DNA of 64,000 nucleotides from Minisyncoccota bacterium (GTDB lineage: Bacteria > Patescibacteriota > Minisyncoccia > Phycocordibacterales > Phycocordibacteraceae), in assembly GCA_022842945.1 (NCBI GenBank), contig JALHOO010000001.1:24847-88846 (forward strand), given 5' to 3'. Positions 27,110 through 39,700 of the stretch are shown in pieces. The notes under the pieces were generated by a model, which did no database searches, was not told the DNA's origin, and was given only the letters and a program-made list of their open reading frames with translations. A program made the translations under genes and the position numbers. Position 1 is the stretch's first letter. Each line of letters starts with the position of its first letter.

Positions 27110-27318
27110 AATATGAATATCTCGTCTCGTATACGCAAGATATGCATATGAGACAGGGGATGATGTAAAGAAAGAAAAAGAAGCAAAACAGCGCCAAATA
27201 AGGCGCTGTTTTGCTATGTATGTGGATCACAGGGTCATATTAAACCAACTGCGGCCTATATTCTGTGTTGCGAGACTCACAATGATCATAAGATAAGGAC
27301 AAATCGTCCTCTACAACC

Positions 27319-27344
27319 CTACATACCTATATATAGGTATGTAG
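27319..27344. promoter_or_regulatory. 26-bp perfect palindrome in the AT-rich leader upstream of the giant gene (candidate operator)
   Basis: CTACATACCTATATATAGGTATGTAG, which is exactly self-complementary, sits within the 590-bp intergenic region. Confidence 0.4.
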
Positions 27345-27701
27345 AAAAAAGTGCAGCGAGTAGAAATTCATCCGACTATCATAAGTATTCATTACTTATT
27401 GCGGCTGAACGACCTACCTATACTAATTAATGTATGAATCTCTTTTTGCATTGCGATCGATGAGTCAAAGAAGATTTGTGAGTGAAGTTGAGAGAGTGCG
27501 GGCACAAGATGTACCGAATTTCATCTTACATTTGCTTCTTAACTTCGACGCGCGAGTAAAAATTTCTTCGCACTTCTTCAATGCCGAACGCTACACAAAT
27601 GTTGATGAAGTATTCCTTACAGCTATCCCCAAAGGAGTATGCACGAATAGCTAAATAACAAGCTAGAATGTAGTTAATTCGGACAACCGACCTACTGAAC
27701 C

Positions 27702-30700
27702 TTGAACGCACTCTTACAGAAAAATTTTATCTCAACTAAGGAAGCATCTTTGCTTTCGGGATACAACGCTGACTACCTGTCGCGTCTTTGTCGCGAGAAG
27801 AGAATCGCAGGTTCACAGATTGGAAGGACGTGGCTCATTGAGCGCGCGTCTCTTGAATCCTTCATGGAGAGCCAGGTTGATAGGAAGATTGAATTTGCAG
27901 AGAGTCTCGCTCGAGAGCGTGGCCTTGAGTACCGAAAGGCAAACTCGCCGAGTGCACGCATCACAAGAGTTACTGACAACCTTGAGGAGAGAATGCGCGT
28001 GGTTGCGGAATCGGTGTTCACTGCGTTGTCTGTGGTGACCATGCCGCGTGAGGTGTCGGTGTTCGGAAGCAGGGCTGTTGCTCTAGGTCTTACGGCTCTC
28101 GTGCTTGCAGGAAGCGTAACGCTCGCGGGAAGCGGAGTTGTTTCTCGCACAGGAGAAGCGCTCCTCGCCTCTGCATTTGATGCACGCTCGTTTGTACTCG
28201 CGCGCGCTTCACACATCGGACTCGTTGCGCAAGAAAAGTCTGAGGCACTTATTCTCGCGTCTAGAGAAGAAGTTCAGAAAGTTGATACGACTCTTGCGTA
28301 CGCACTAGATGAACGTGTAGAAACTCTTCCACTTGAGGTGAGTAAGAATCTTGCACAGGAGCACCCATCTGTTGAAGTGTCCAAGGTCGCATACGGACGT
28401 GCGCACGAAATCTACTCACGCTACCCAGCAGTACTTTCTTCAGCAGAGATCGCTGCGAATGTCTCATACGCGGTTACACACCCAGAAGAGACACTCACAG
28501 CAGTTGCTCACGGAGTACTGCATGGATACCGCACCATCGGTGTATTCGCACTCAACGATATTGAGAGCGTCCTCGCGCTACACCTACGCATGGTTGAAGC
28601 GGGTGGAGAGGGATTGTTCTCAGCGAGTGTTTCTATTCGAGACACCGCATACCGCGCACCACTCGCTGTAGGCAATGTATTTGTTGATGGTTCTGAAACG
28701 GTTATGTCTCTCTACGAAGACGGTGTGTATGCATACGTTGAGACTATTGCCGTGGTGCCAGAGACTATCGTCGGAGCGGTGTACCAGATCGGAAACACGT
28801 CAGGCGCAGTACTTGCTACGGGCATACAGTTGGCTCCAGGTGCATACGAGGAAGGCGTACTCGCGTTTGCAGAGACCTCGTCTTCTGTAGCAACGCTCGT
28901 TGCAAACGGTTCCTATGCGTTTGGAAAGGGAGCGAATGAGCAGGTTTCCGGCCTCACACAGGCGCAGGACCGCGTTATTGGACAGGGAGTAGCGAGTGTC
29001 CGCCTTGCGCTCGCGGGTCTTAGCGGACGCGCTACACAGATGGCGGCGGTTATCGAGTCAGGTCCGAGTGCAGCCTCAAACGAGGCGCTTCGGTTTGCGG
29101 GAGACATCACTCTTCGTATTGAGAACACTGGGACGCAGATGCTCTCAGCGTCACCACTCGCATCGATTGATTTCGATCGCTTCATTCCAGGATTCTTGAA
29201 GAACGTAACAGCGGTTATTGCACATGCCGTTGGAAGCGCCTTCCATGGAGTCTTCGGTCCTCTCGCAGGGTTCTTTGGTGCATCAGAAGAAGTGGGTCTT
29301 GCGGTTATCCCTAACGAAGGCACTCTATCCTCAGGGGACGCTGAAGCAGGTGTACCAGGAGACACGATTAACTACAACGGACCGGTAACTATAATCCGTA
29401 ACGAGTACCCAACCGCAAACTACGGCGGCGTGCCGCAGTCCTATGTTGATGACCGACTCGACTTCCTAAGGCGCACACTCTACAACCGCATCGAAGACGT
29501 TGCAGGAGACCGCACGTTCCGTGGCGACATCAACGACAGCCGAATCGTTGATAGCACTATTAACGATTCAAGTTTCTCAAACGGTGTTATTGAAAACTCA
29601 CAAATTACCGGAGGCACCATCGTTGGTAGTGCACTTAATGTTGCAACCACTACCATCACCGGCTCACTCACGGTTGATGGCGATCTTTCCGTTTCCGGCA
29701 GTGTCTCTCAGAACTCGACCACCACCAACTTCTACGCAACCAACGGCACCATTGAGAACATCCTCGGAACCAATGCAACGATTACGAACGCCACCTCCAC
29801 CAATTTCTATGCGACTCTCGCAACGATTCTGGATGGATTCTTCACGAACCTCACGGCAACCCTCGCAAACATTACGACTGCTGTTATAGCGAACCTCACC
29901 GCCACTGATGCGGTGTTCACCAACGCCACCAGCACGAACGCAACGTCAACGAATCTCTTCGCCTCAAACCTCACGGCAACAAGCGCAACCTCAACCAACC
30001 TCTTCGTTACGAGTGCCCGTATCACGACAGGTATCATTGACGCGCTTACCTCACCGCTCGCAAACATCACCACTGCGATTATCGCGAACCTCACCGCAAC
30101 CAATGCGTCTATCACGAACGCGACCACCACCAACGCAACCAGTACAGGCTCACTTGCGCTGACCTATGTCACTCCGTCGAGACTCCTTTCCGTTGGTGCA
30201 TCGGGCGTTGTGGGATCAGCCGACCTCTCCTCATGGATTGCGGGAACCTTGAATCAGCTCACGGTTACCGACAACGGCATTGGCGGCATAACACTCTCAC
30301 TTCCATCAACCATCGTTATTGGAAGCTCACAGCCAACCACCATCGCAAGCAACGGCGCTACCTCAACCTTTGGCGGAGGACTCCAGGCTACGTTCGTTGA
30401 GGGTGTGCAGTACATCGCAGGCCCGTATGTGCTCGCAACTTCAACAACCGCAACATCTGCGTTCTCAGGAAACATTGCGGTTGGCCGCAATACAACGCTT
30501 GGTACTACCGCCGCTGACTTCCTAACGGTTAACAGCTCCATTAGCTCGAACCTCATTCCGTCTGCAAACAACACGTATGATCTGGGATCGGTAGGGAACA
30601 ACTGGAACCGTATCTATGTGGATGAAGTAGTGGCGAATAACATCTCTGCTGCCTCTAGTTCGATTGCAGGAACTGTCTCCGAGTCATTCACAATTAACTC

Positions 30701-33700
30701 CGATAACGCAACGGCGGATACTGAAGATAGTACGCTCGTTTTCAATCGCGGAAGCGCTTCACCAAATGCGCTTATAACCTGGAACTCAGCTACAGACCGC
30801 TTTGAGCTCAATATGCCAATCTTCTCGGCAGATGGCATATTCACGAACGCCACTACTACGAACCTCGTAGCGACGAACGTCACGGTTAATGGCGAGACCT
30901 TTACCGACTTCACGGGTACGAACCTCACCAACACCGGAGGAGCGCTTGGTCTCTCTGCCTCCTACGCTGGGCAGAGCTCCATTACAACCCTGGGTACCAT
31001 AACCTCAGGAACCTGGAACGGTTCAACGGTCGGGGTGCCATACGGCGGTACCGGTGCAACCTCACTCACCGGTCTCCTTATTGGAAACGGTACGGGAGCA
31101 TTTACCGCAACCACACTCTCCTCCGGTATTGCAGGACAGATCTCAGACGAGACGGGTACCGGCTCGCTCGTGTTCAGCAACAGCCCAACTTTCACTGGTA
31201 CAAGCGTGTTCGCTGACCTTACCGCCACGAACGCCACCACCACCTCATTCTTCACCTCAACACTCGGTCTCGGTTCCGGAAACTACTTCACGTCGCTTCT
31301 TGGCAACGGCCTCACGAACGTAGGCGGCACCCTCACGGTCTCAACTACATCTCTTGCCTCAGGCTTCTTCCAGCAGGGAGGGAACTCGTTTGGCACAACG
31401 GCAACACTCGGTACCAACGATGCAAACAACCTCGCTCTTGAGACGGGAGGATCTACAAGGATGACGATTAATACGAGTGGGAATGTTGGTATAGGCACGA
31501 CTACTCCCGCTGTCAGATTTAGCGTATATGAAGGTAGCTCATCAATTGCTGCAGCGTTCCGTGGTGGTGGTGGACCGACCGTTGGAATCGGATCAACTGT
31601 CGATGGAGGTAGAATCCAGGCTTATACGAATGATTCCTTAGTCTCCGTCGCTAACATCTCACTCCAATCAGCTGGTGGCAACGTGGGTATAGGTACGACC
31701 ACCCCCGCATCCCTGCTCCAGGTAGTCTCTTCCGGTGGGTTCACTACGTCGGCACAGACAATAGCCTCGTTCGTACGTAATGGCAGCACAGCGAGCGATG
31801 CTGTGGTCTCTATCATTGCTGGAAATGCCGCAAAATCTTTCCTTAGATTTGGTGACACTGATACTGAGGCGATGGGTATCATCAAATATGATCATGCACT
31901 GAACGCTCTTACGTTCGGTACTAACGGCGTCCAGGACTTGTTGAACATTACGTCTACAGGCAACGTCGGCATCGGTACAACCTCTCCTTTCTCGCCAGCA
32001 AGTATTGGAAGAGTGCTCAATATCTTCAATACAACTGGACTGAACGCAGGAATTAACCTTTCCTCGGGAGCTGAAGATTTTGAAGTTGCAAATGTCTCAG
32101 GAGATTTGTGGTTCATTGATGACAACTCGACAAGGATGGTTATCAAAAACACCACCGGCAATGTCGGAATCGGGGAGACCGCTCCAGGTTCGCGACTATC
32201 TGTATCTGGCGGGGCAACTATTGGTGCTTCCTACGACACGACGGCCGCACCAACAAACGGCCTTCTTGTGGAAGGTAGTGTCGGTATTGGTACGACGACA
32301 CCAGGAAATTTGTTGACAGTATCTGGTGCAACTCCCAAGATTCAGATAAATTCTGTAACAGGTTTTCCTTCGTTGTTGTTTTCCGATGGTGGAACAACAC
32401 GTTATGAAATTTACAGTGATGCAGCAGGAGTATTGAAGTTTGTTGAGGGTGGTGCAGGGTCAAGGATGGTGATAAATAGTGGCAACGTCGGTATTGGTAC
32501 TACTACTCCCGACACAACCCTCAACGTAGTGAAGGGTGCAGGAAAAACATGGACAACAACCGCAGGAACGGTGGCATTGTTTGAACGTGCAAATAGTTCA
32601 GGAGCAGCAGCGTACATCTCTGTTATCTCAGGAAACACGGGTCTTGCGCGCCTCCAGTTAGGAGATACAGATGCAGAGGCACGAGGATTAGTGCAGTACG
32701 ACAACAGCAGTGATGCGCTTTCTTTGTGGACGGCAGGTACCCAGAAGCTCACTGTTCTTGCTGGAGGCAACGTTGGTATCGGCACCACCACCCCCGGCCA
32801 GACCCTCTCTGTCGCTGGTACCGGCCTCTTCTCCGGCCTCTCCACATTCATGTCCGGTTTCAACATCGGCAGCGAAACCTTCACTTCACTTCTTGGAAAC
32901 GGCCTCACGAACGTAGGCGGCACTCTCACGGTCTCAACCACATCTCTTGCCTCAGGCTTCTTTCAGCAGGGAGGGAACTCATTTGGAACAACCGCAACAC
33001 TTGGCACCAACGACTCAAACAACCTCGCTCTTGAGACGGGAGGATCTACAAGGATGACGATTGATACAAGCGGGAATGTGGGGGTCGGTTTAACGAGCCC
33101 AAGTGACCGCTTTGAAGTAAGGGCGGCAGGAAACGACGACGGTATTCGGCTTCAAAGCAGCAATGGCTCAAATAACCTTGCGTGGCTTCATCAGCAGAAT
33201 ACGGATGCAGCAATACTTCGCATGTATGACGGCGGCACAGAGAACATACGCATAAATTCAGAGACGAGCGGCGCGAGCTTCTTTAATGCGGGCAACGTCG
33301 GTATTGGCACCACAAGTCCACAGGCATCGTTGCATGTTGCAGGTGCAAGTGGTGCGCTCTTTGGTCTTCAGGCAGGTCAGGTTGGAACTCTGGGACTAAC
33401 AACGGCAAGCGCAGGCTCTCCGGTCAGTGGACGCCTAACGTTTGGCTCGGATGGTACAGGGTGGCAGTTCAGGATTGCACAGAATGTTGCAGGAACTGTT
33501 ACAGATCTTTTTACGGTTGAGACAGGAGGTAATGTTGGTATCGGCACCACAACTCCGAGCGCACTCCTCTCGCTTGCAAGTGGCACAACTGCTGCAAGTG
33601 GTATTGCATTTGGTAGTGATGTAAATCTCTATCGTCACTCAGCAAACCTTCTTAAGACAGACGATGACATTACCCTCGGTAGTGGTCTGTATCTTTCAAA

Positions 33701-36700
33701 CACTGGAGAAGTATACGGAACTCAGTTGGTGAACAATGTGACCGGGCTCAATGCGGCAGTTGCGGTTACAACTACAGGCGTAACCATAACGAGGAATATC
33801 GCAGATACGAACCCGGCTCTCATTGTTTCGCAGGCGCATGCAGGTTCAACAGGCGATATAATGCGACTCAACAATAGCGCCGGTACCGTACTAACGGTGC
33901 AACGGGGAGGTAATGTAGGTATTGGTACAACATCCCCACTATCAAAGCTCCATGTGAACGCAGGAGACATAACTGTTACAAATAGCAGTGCCAATCCCGC
34001 GTACTATCTCGGGGAAAGTGATCTGCTTACGGCAGGTACCTATGGCTACATGACCTGGGACCGTACCAGCGATCTTCTACAGCTTGGTACGCAAGCAGCA
34101 GGCCCAACCATAACCATGAGTGAGAGTGGGAATGTTAGTATTGCCACCACTACATCCCTTGGTAGGTTGCAAATTGCAAAGAATTCACTCTACACAAACG
34201 CAGATGGTGACGCTGGTATCCATATACTCTCAAACACGGGAGAATCTGCTCTTGCACTTGGTGCAGATGATACAAACAATCTGGCCTTTATCCAGTCTGT
34301 CCAAAGTGGAGTCTCGTATAGCACTCGACCGCTCTCGTTAAATCCTAATGGTGGCAACGTCGGTATTGGTACTACAGGCCCTGGGTCTAGATTCCATGTA
34401 GAAGGCGGAGGTGTGATCATTAACACTGTCGGAGGTGCAGGAACCTCTATTGGTCGACACATTAATATTGGTACTGCAACACCAACAGACTGGAGGTCAT
34501 ACACAGGCTCCACCGCTGCAGCTATCCAGATGCAGAATAGTGCAACAGAAGGATTCGTTCTTGTTGCGACCGTTGGCGCTACCGTACCAAGAACTCAGTT
34601 CATTACGACAGGAGGGTATGAAATTCAGGTAGGAGCAACTGTTGGCGGGGCGGGTACAACAGCGCTCCAGATACTGTCTTCAGGCAACGTCGGTATTGGC
34701 ACCACCTCACCAACTTCACTCTTGAACGTTTCTGAAACAGGTAGTAACTCAGCGACATTTGGAACAGCTATTCCTTTCAGGGTTTCGAGCACGAACTCTT
34801 TGAACTCGAATGTTCATGTTGGTCTAGGATTCGAGCGAACGAACTTTAGTGGCGAAATGAAACTCTCAGGAGTCATAGATATCATTTCCGGGACAAACTC
34901 AGCAGGCGCGGAGAATTCTTCAATGCGATTTGGCACTCTAAAAGCAGGGACGCTTACACAACACATGATTATTGACTCGACTGGCAACGTCGGTATCGGT
35001 ACCACGTCGCCCGTTTCGAAGCTCTCGGTAGTCGGCGGTGCGTACCTCGGCGGAAACGTATTCATTGGAGATAACCAGCGAGGATACTTCATCGGTGAAG
35101 TAAATGATTTCAGTTATGGTGTTTCGAAAAGCGCATTAGGAAGCTCTGCAAACTTGCAGTTTAGCGCCGGCAGCGCAACTCCTCGGATGTCTATAACGAG
35201 TACGGGCAACGTTGGTATTGGTACAACAACCCCTCTAGGAAGGGTGCATATCCTTGGATCAGAAGGCGTAGTGGCACATCCACCAGTCGGGTTCGCATCG
35301 GTAGCGGACGATCTCATTATTTCCAATAACGGAAGCAGCGGTATTACCCTTCAGGGAAGTAATTCTGGAACAAACTACATCGTCTTTGCAGATGCGGCAC
35401 TGGGAGGAAACAACTGGATTGCGTATGAGCATGCGAATGATGCACTCGCATTCCGTGTGAACAATGCTGAGCGCATGCGCATCAATAGTGCAGGCAACGT
35501 CGGTATCGGTACCTCAACACCATTCTCCAAACTGTCTGTCACCGGAGCAGGTACGGGCACCGGACGAGGCTTCAGTGTTGCAAACTCCAGCAACCTCGAC
35601 AACTTCTACGTGCTTGATAATGGAACCACGTACACAAGAGGAAACATAACCCTCCCATTCCAAACAAATAACTTCATCGGTAGTGCATCCAACAACGGGC
35701 TGTACTTTGATGGGTCAGGAAACTACGGTATGTCCGTTAACAGTAGTATTGGTGGAGGGATTGTCTTTGAAAGTGATGGAGGAAGTACCGGCAGCTTCTT
35801 CATCGGAACAGGAAATGAAGACCCTGACAGTGCAACAAAACTAGTTACCGTTCTTCAGGGTGGCAACGTCGGTATCGGTTCAACAGCACCGCTGTCTGCG
35901 TTTCAGGTTGGGGCAGCACCAACATATAACTTTGCTGTCACTAACCCAAAGGCAAATATTATTAGTACAAATTACGACCCGACAGAGTTAACTAGAGGTA
36001 CGCTTAATCTAGAATCGTCATCGAGGTCAGCAGGAAACAACAGTGGACTTGGTCCCTCACTCACTTTTACTCAAAACACTAGTCAGTATGTAGATGGATA
36101 CGAAAAAGTGATTGGTGCGATTAAGGCATACATTACTACAAATACAAACGCTAGTGCGAATAGTAGTTTAGGCTTCTATACCCATGATGTCGGCTCATCA
36201 TTAACTGAGCAAATGACTATAAATAGTTCTGGTAACGTCGGTATTGGTACTACCAACCCAGCTTCCCATAAGCTGGTTGTGGTGGGAGGTAATGCCAATA
36301 CCTTGCGTATCGATAATGCTGGTGAGCAGTACACTTCTGCTGACTTCTTTAACAATGGCTCATCAAAGGCTACGCAGTATTACGACAACACAGGTTCAGA
36401 GTTCGTGTCCCGCACAACGGTAGCTGCCAACCTTGGGTTTGACACAAACCTGACGCGTCGTATGACCATCCTTTCAAATGGCAACGTCGGTATTGGTACA
36501 GCAAGTCCTAGTTACAAGTTTACTGTGACGGAGTCTACTGCAAACGGTATAGCCGGGCGATTTGCAGCGAGTGGAACAGGTACTCCGTTCGGTGTCTATG
36601 CAACTGCTCTCGGAGCTTCTACACAAAACACTGCAGGATATTTCCAAGCGAGCGGTGCAACGACCAACATTGGCGTGAGTGCAGATGTTGTCTCTGGTGC

Positions 36701-39700
36701 GAATAATTATGCTATTTACGCAGGAAATACTGCAAAGTCATACTTTGCAGGTAGTGTGGGCATTGGCACCAATGCGCCGGTAACGCGCTTGCACGTAAGT
36801 TCTGCAACGTCTGTAGCCACTGTTCCTTCTGCAGGTGCTAGTGCAGGGGCTGGTCTCCTTGTATCGAATGTGGATTCGTCATATGGCCTTGTTGCGGGAT
36901 CGCTTACAAACGGCAACGGCTTCCTGCAATCTCAGAGAGTAGATGGTTTGGGGACCACCTATAATTTGCTGCTCCAGCCGAACGGAGGCAATGTCGGTAT
37001 TGGCGATTCCAACCCTAGTCGTAAGCTCAGTGTCGTAGGGACTGATGTTAACGGTAATTACGCGGACTTCAAGAGTGCAAGTGGAGCGATATTGGCTGTC
37101 GGCTCTACGGCAACTGCCGGCAGGATTCAAGCGTATACTAACGGATATGGAGGTGTCGCTCCGCTTATCTTGAACGACGCGGGAGGCAATGTCGGTATCG
37201 GAGACACCACACCAGACGCAAAGTTCGAAATTCTCCAGGCTAGCGATACGTCCACGCAGGGTCTCCAAATAAGTCGTTCGAATGATTCAGACTTTATGCG
37301 CATGTATATGGCTGCTGGTGTAGGAACGCTCTCAGACACGCTCATTTTTAGCAGTGCGTTTGCGGGAGACGTTGCCGCAATTGGTAGGGATGGTAGTGCG
37401 TATTTCGCAGGGAAGGTCGGTATTGGTACAAGCTCCCCAGACACAAATCTCAGTGTGGTCGGTAATATTACCGGTGGTACAGGTACTACGATGAAGATTA
37501 CAAATCTTATGGCAGGAACTGTTGCGTCGCCTGAGTACGCTACTCTTGCATTTAATGGTTATTTGGCTGGTCCCAAAGCAACCATTCAGGCGCTTGAGCA
37601 AACGGGCAATACGTGGGCTTCCCAGTTGACGTTTACCATTAATGATGGAAGTGGAGCTAGTTCGATGGTTGAACGCATGCGCATAAACGGTGCGACAGGA
37701 AACGTTGGTATTGGTACCTCGACACCAAGTACACTGCTCGAAACGTATCGAGCTGCAGCAAACAACACACTCAAAATAGCTATTGGAGGGGGTACAGGCC
37801 ATACCTATTCCCCAAAGCTCACTCTCTCTCGATATGCAGCAACTGACTGGAGTCTTTCCCAACCGACGGGATCCTATGATTTCACCATTGATCAGGATGG
37901 AGCTCGTAGAGTTACTATACAAACCAGTTCAGGCAACGTCGGTATCGGAACAACCTCCCCGTACGCTAAGCTCTCAATTGTGGATGGTGACGGTTCAGCC
38001 GACACTACTCTCGCGCTCAATAACCGATTCAAGTTTAGGGGGGATGGTGTAATGGGTTGGGGAAGTGCTGCGGCGACTGGAATACTCTCATGGGACGGGT
38101 CCACAGCGATTGTGGGTTCGCAAGCATCGTCCGACTTAGCATTCATAACTAATGGCACATCCCTCTCGAGCGAGAGAATGCGCATAACAACTGGAGGCAA
38201 CGTCGGTATCGGCACCACAACACCTACCTCAGCACTTGATGTTGCCGGAAACGTAACCACGAGAGGCCAGCACGTGTTCTTTGGAAGCACATCAAACAGT
38301 GCTTTTGCGCTTGGTCTTCAATTTGATTCTACGTATCAGGGCGTCTCAAACGTGTTCCGCTTCCGCCAGGGAGGATCAACTGCTGGAGGTGTAGCATTCT
38401 CGGTCTATGATGCTGCGCCAAATCTATTCCTTACGGCTGCCGGTACGGTTGGTATTGGTACCGCAACTGCTGGCTCAGCACTTACGGTTGCAGGAAATAT
38501 CGAAACTACAAACGGCGCCAACCGAAGTTTGATACTGCGCTCCGCATCTAACTATAGCTACTCTCTCCAGGCAACAAGTGACGACTTCCAGATCTTGGAG
38601 GCAGGAGATGCAGCAAAGGTGCGTTTCCATATCGACTATCCAAATGGCAACGTCGGTATTGGTACTACGGCTCCTGGAGCAAAGCTCACTGTAGTCGGCG
38701 ATACGTGGCTAAACGGTATCACGAACGGCGGTACGTTCAACCTTGCCCTAAATGCCGCTAGTGGAAACGGCATCATAGTAAGCAACGGAGCTGATGCGAG
38801 TGTCACGAATAACCGTCGTGTTGTTATTGGGCAATCAGGAACTAATGGTGGACTTGGCTTGTTCTATAACAACGCGGGAACTATCGGAGTGCGTCTTTCA
38901 GGAGTGACAAATGACGCGAGCTACTTCAATAATGGCGGTAATGTCGGTATTGGTACCACCAACCCATTAAATATGCTCGTTGTTGGAGGCACACAAGCAG
39001 GTAACGCAGGATTCGAAATCGTTCCTGGCTCTGGAATCGTAGCGCAGTCGTATAACCGAACATCATCTGCGTACGCGTCACTCAACTTTGACGGGTCTTC
39101 TATCGGATTCCGTCCGAACGGCTCAACCATGCTCACTGCAAACACAACCGGCGTCTTGGTTGCGAATCTCGTCTCCTGTGCTGGTGTCCAGACCAACGGC
39201 TCGGGTCTCATGAGTTGTACATCGGACGCGAACCTGAAGGATGTACAGAGTGCGTTCACCACAGGTCTTAGTGGACTTCGAGGGATTAATCCGCAGACCT
39301 ACACCTGGAAGAGCGGTACTGACTACTTTGATGGTGGTGTCGAGTATTCTGGATTCATTGCACAGAACGTAGGTGCAAACATTCCTGAGGCAATGAATGA
39401 AGGGGCGAATGGTTTCAAGCAGATTAGCACTACCGCTATCCTCGCGGCGTCTATAAATGCTATCAAGGAGCTTGATGTACGCACACTCTCCCTAGCTCCT
39501 GCCGCAGAGAATCAAGCAGCACACACACTCGCTGTATCGAGTGATGCAACGATAGCTGGCATGCTCACCGTTACAGGTATCGGAACCTTCAGCGACTCTC
39601 TCACTGCGGCAAGTATCCTCTCAAATGGTTCTGTAACCGCAACATCGTTCCTTACTGAGACCACTGACACGCTTCCAAGTGAAGTGCTAACCGGAGGAAG

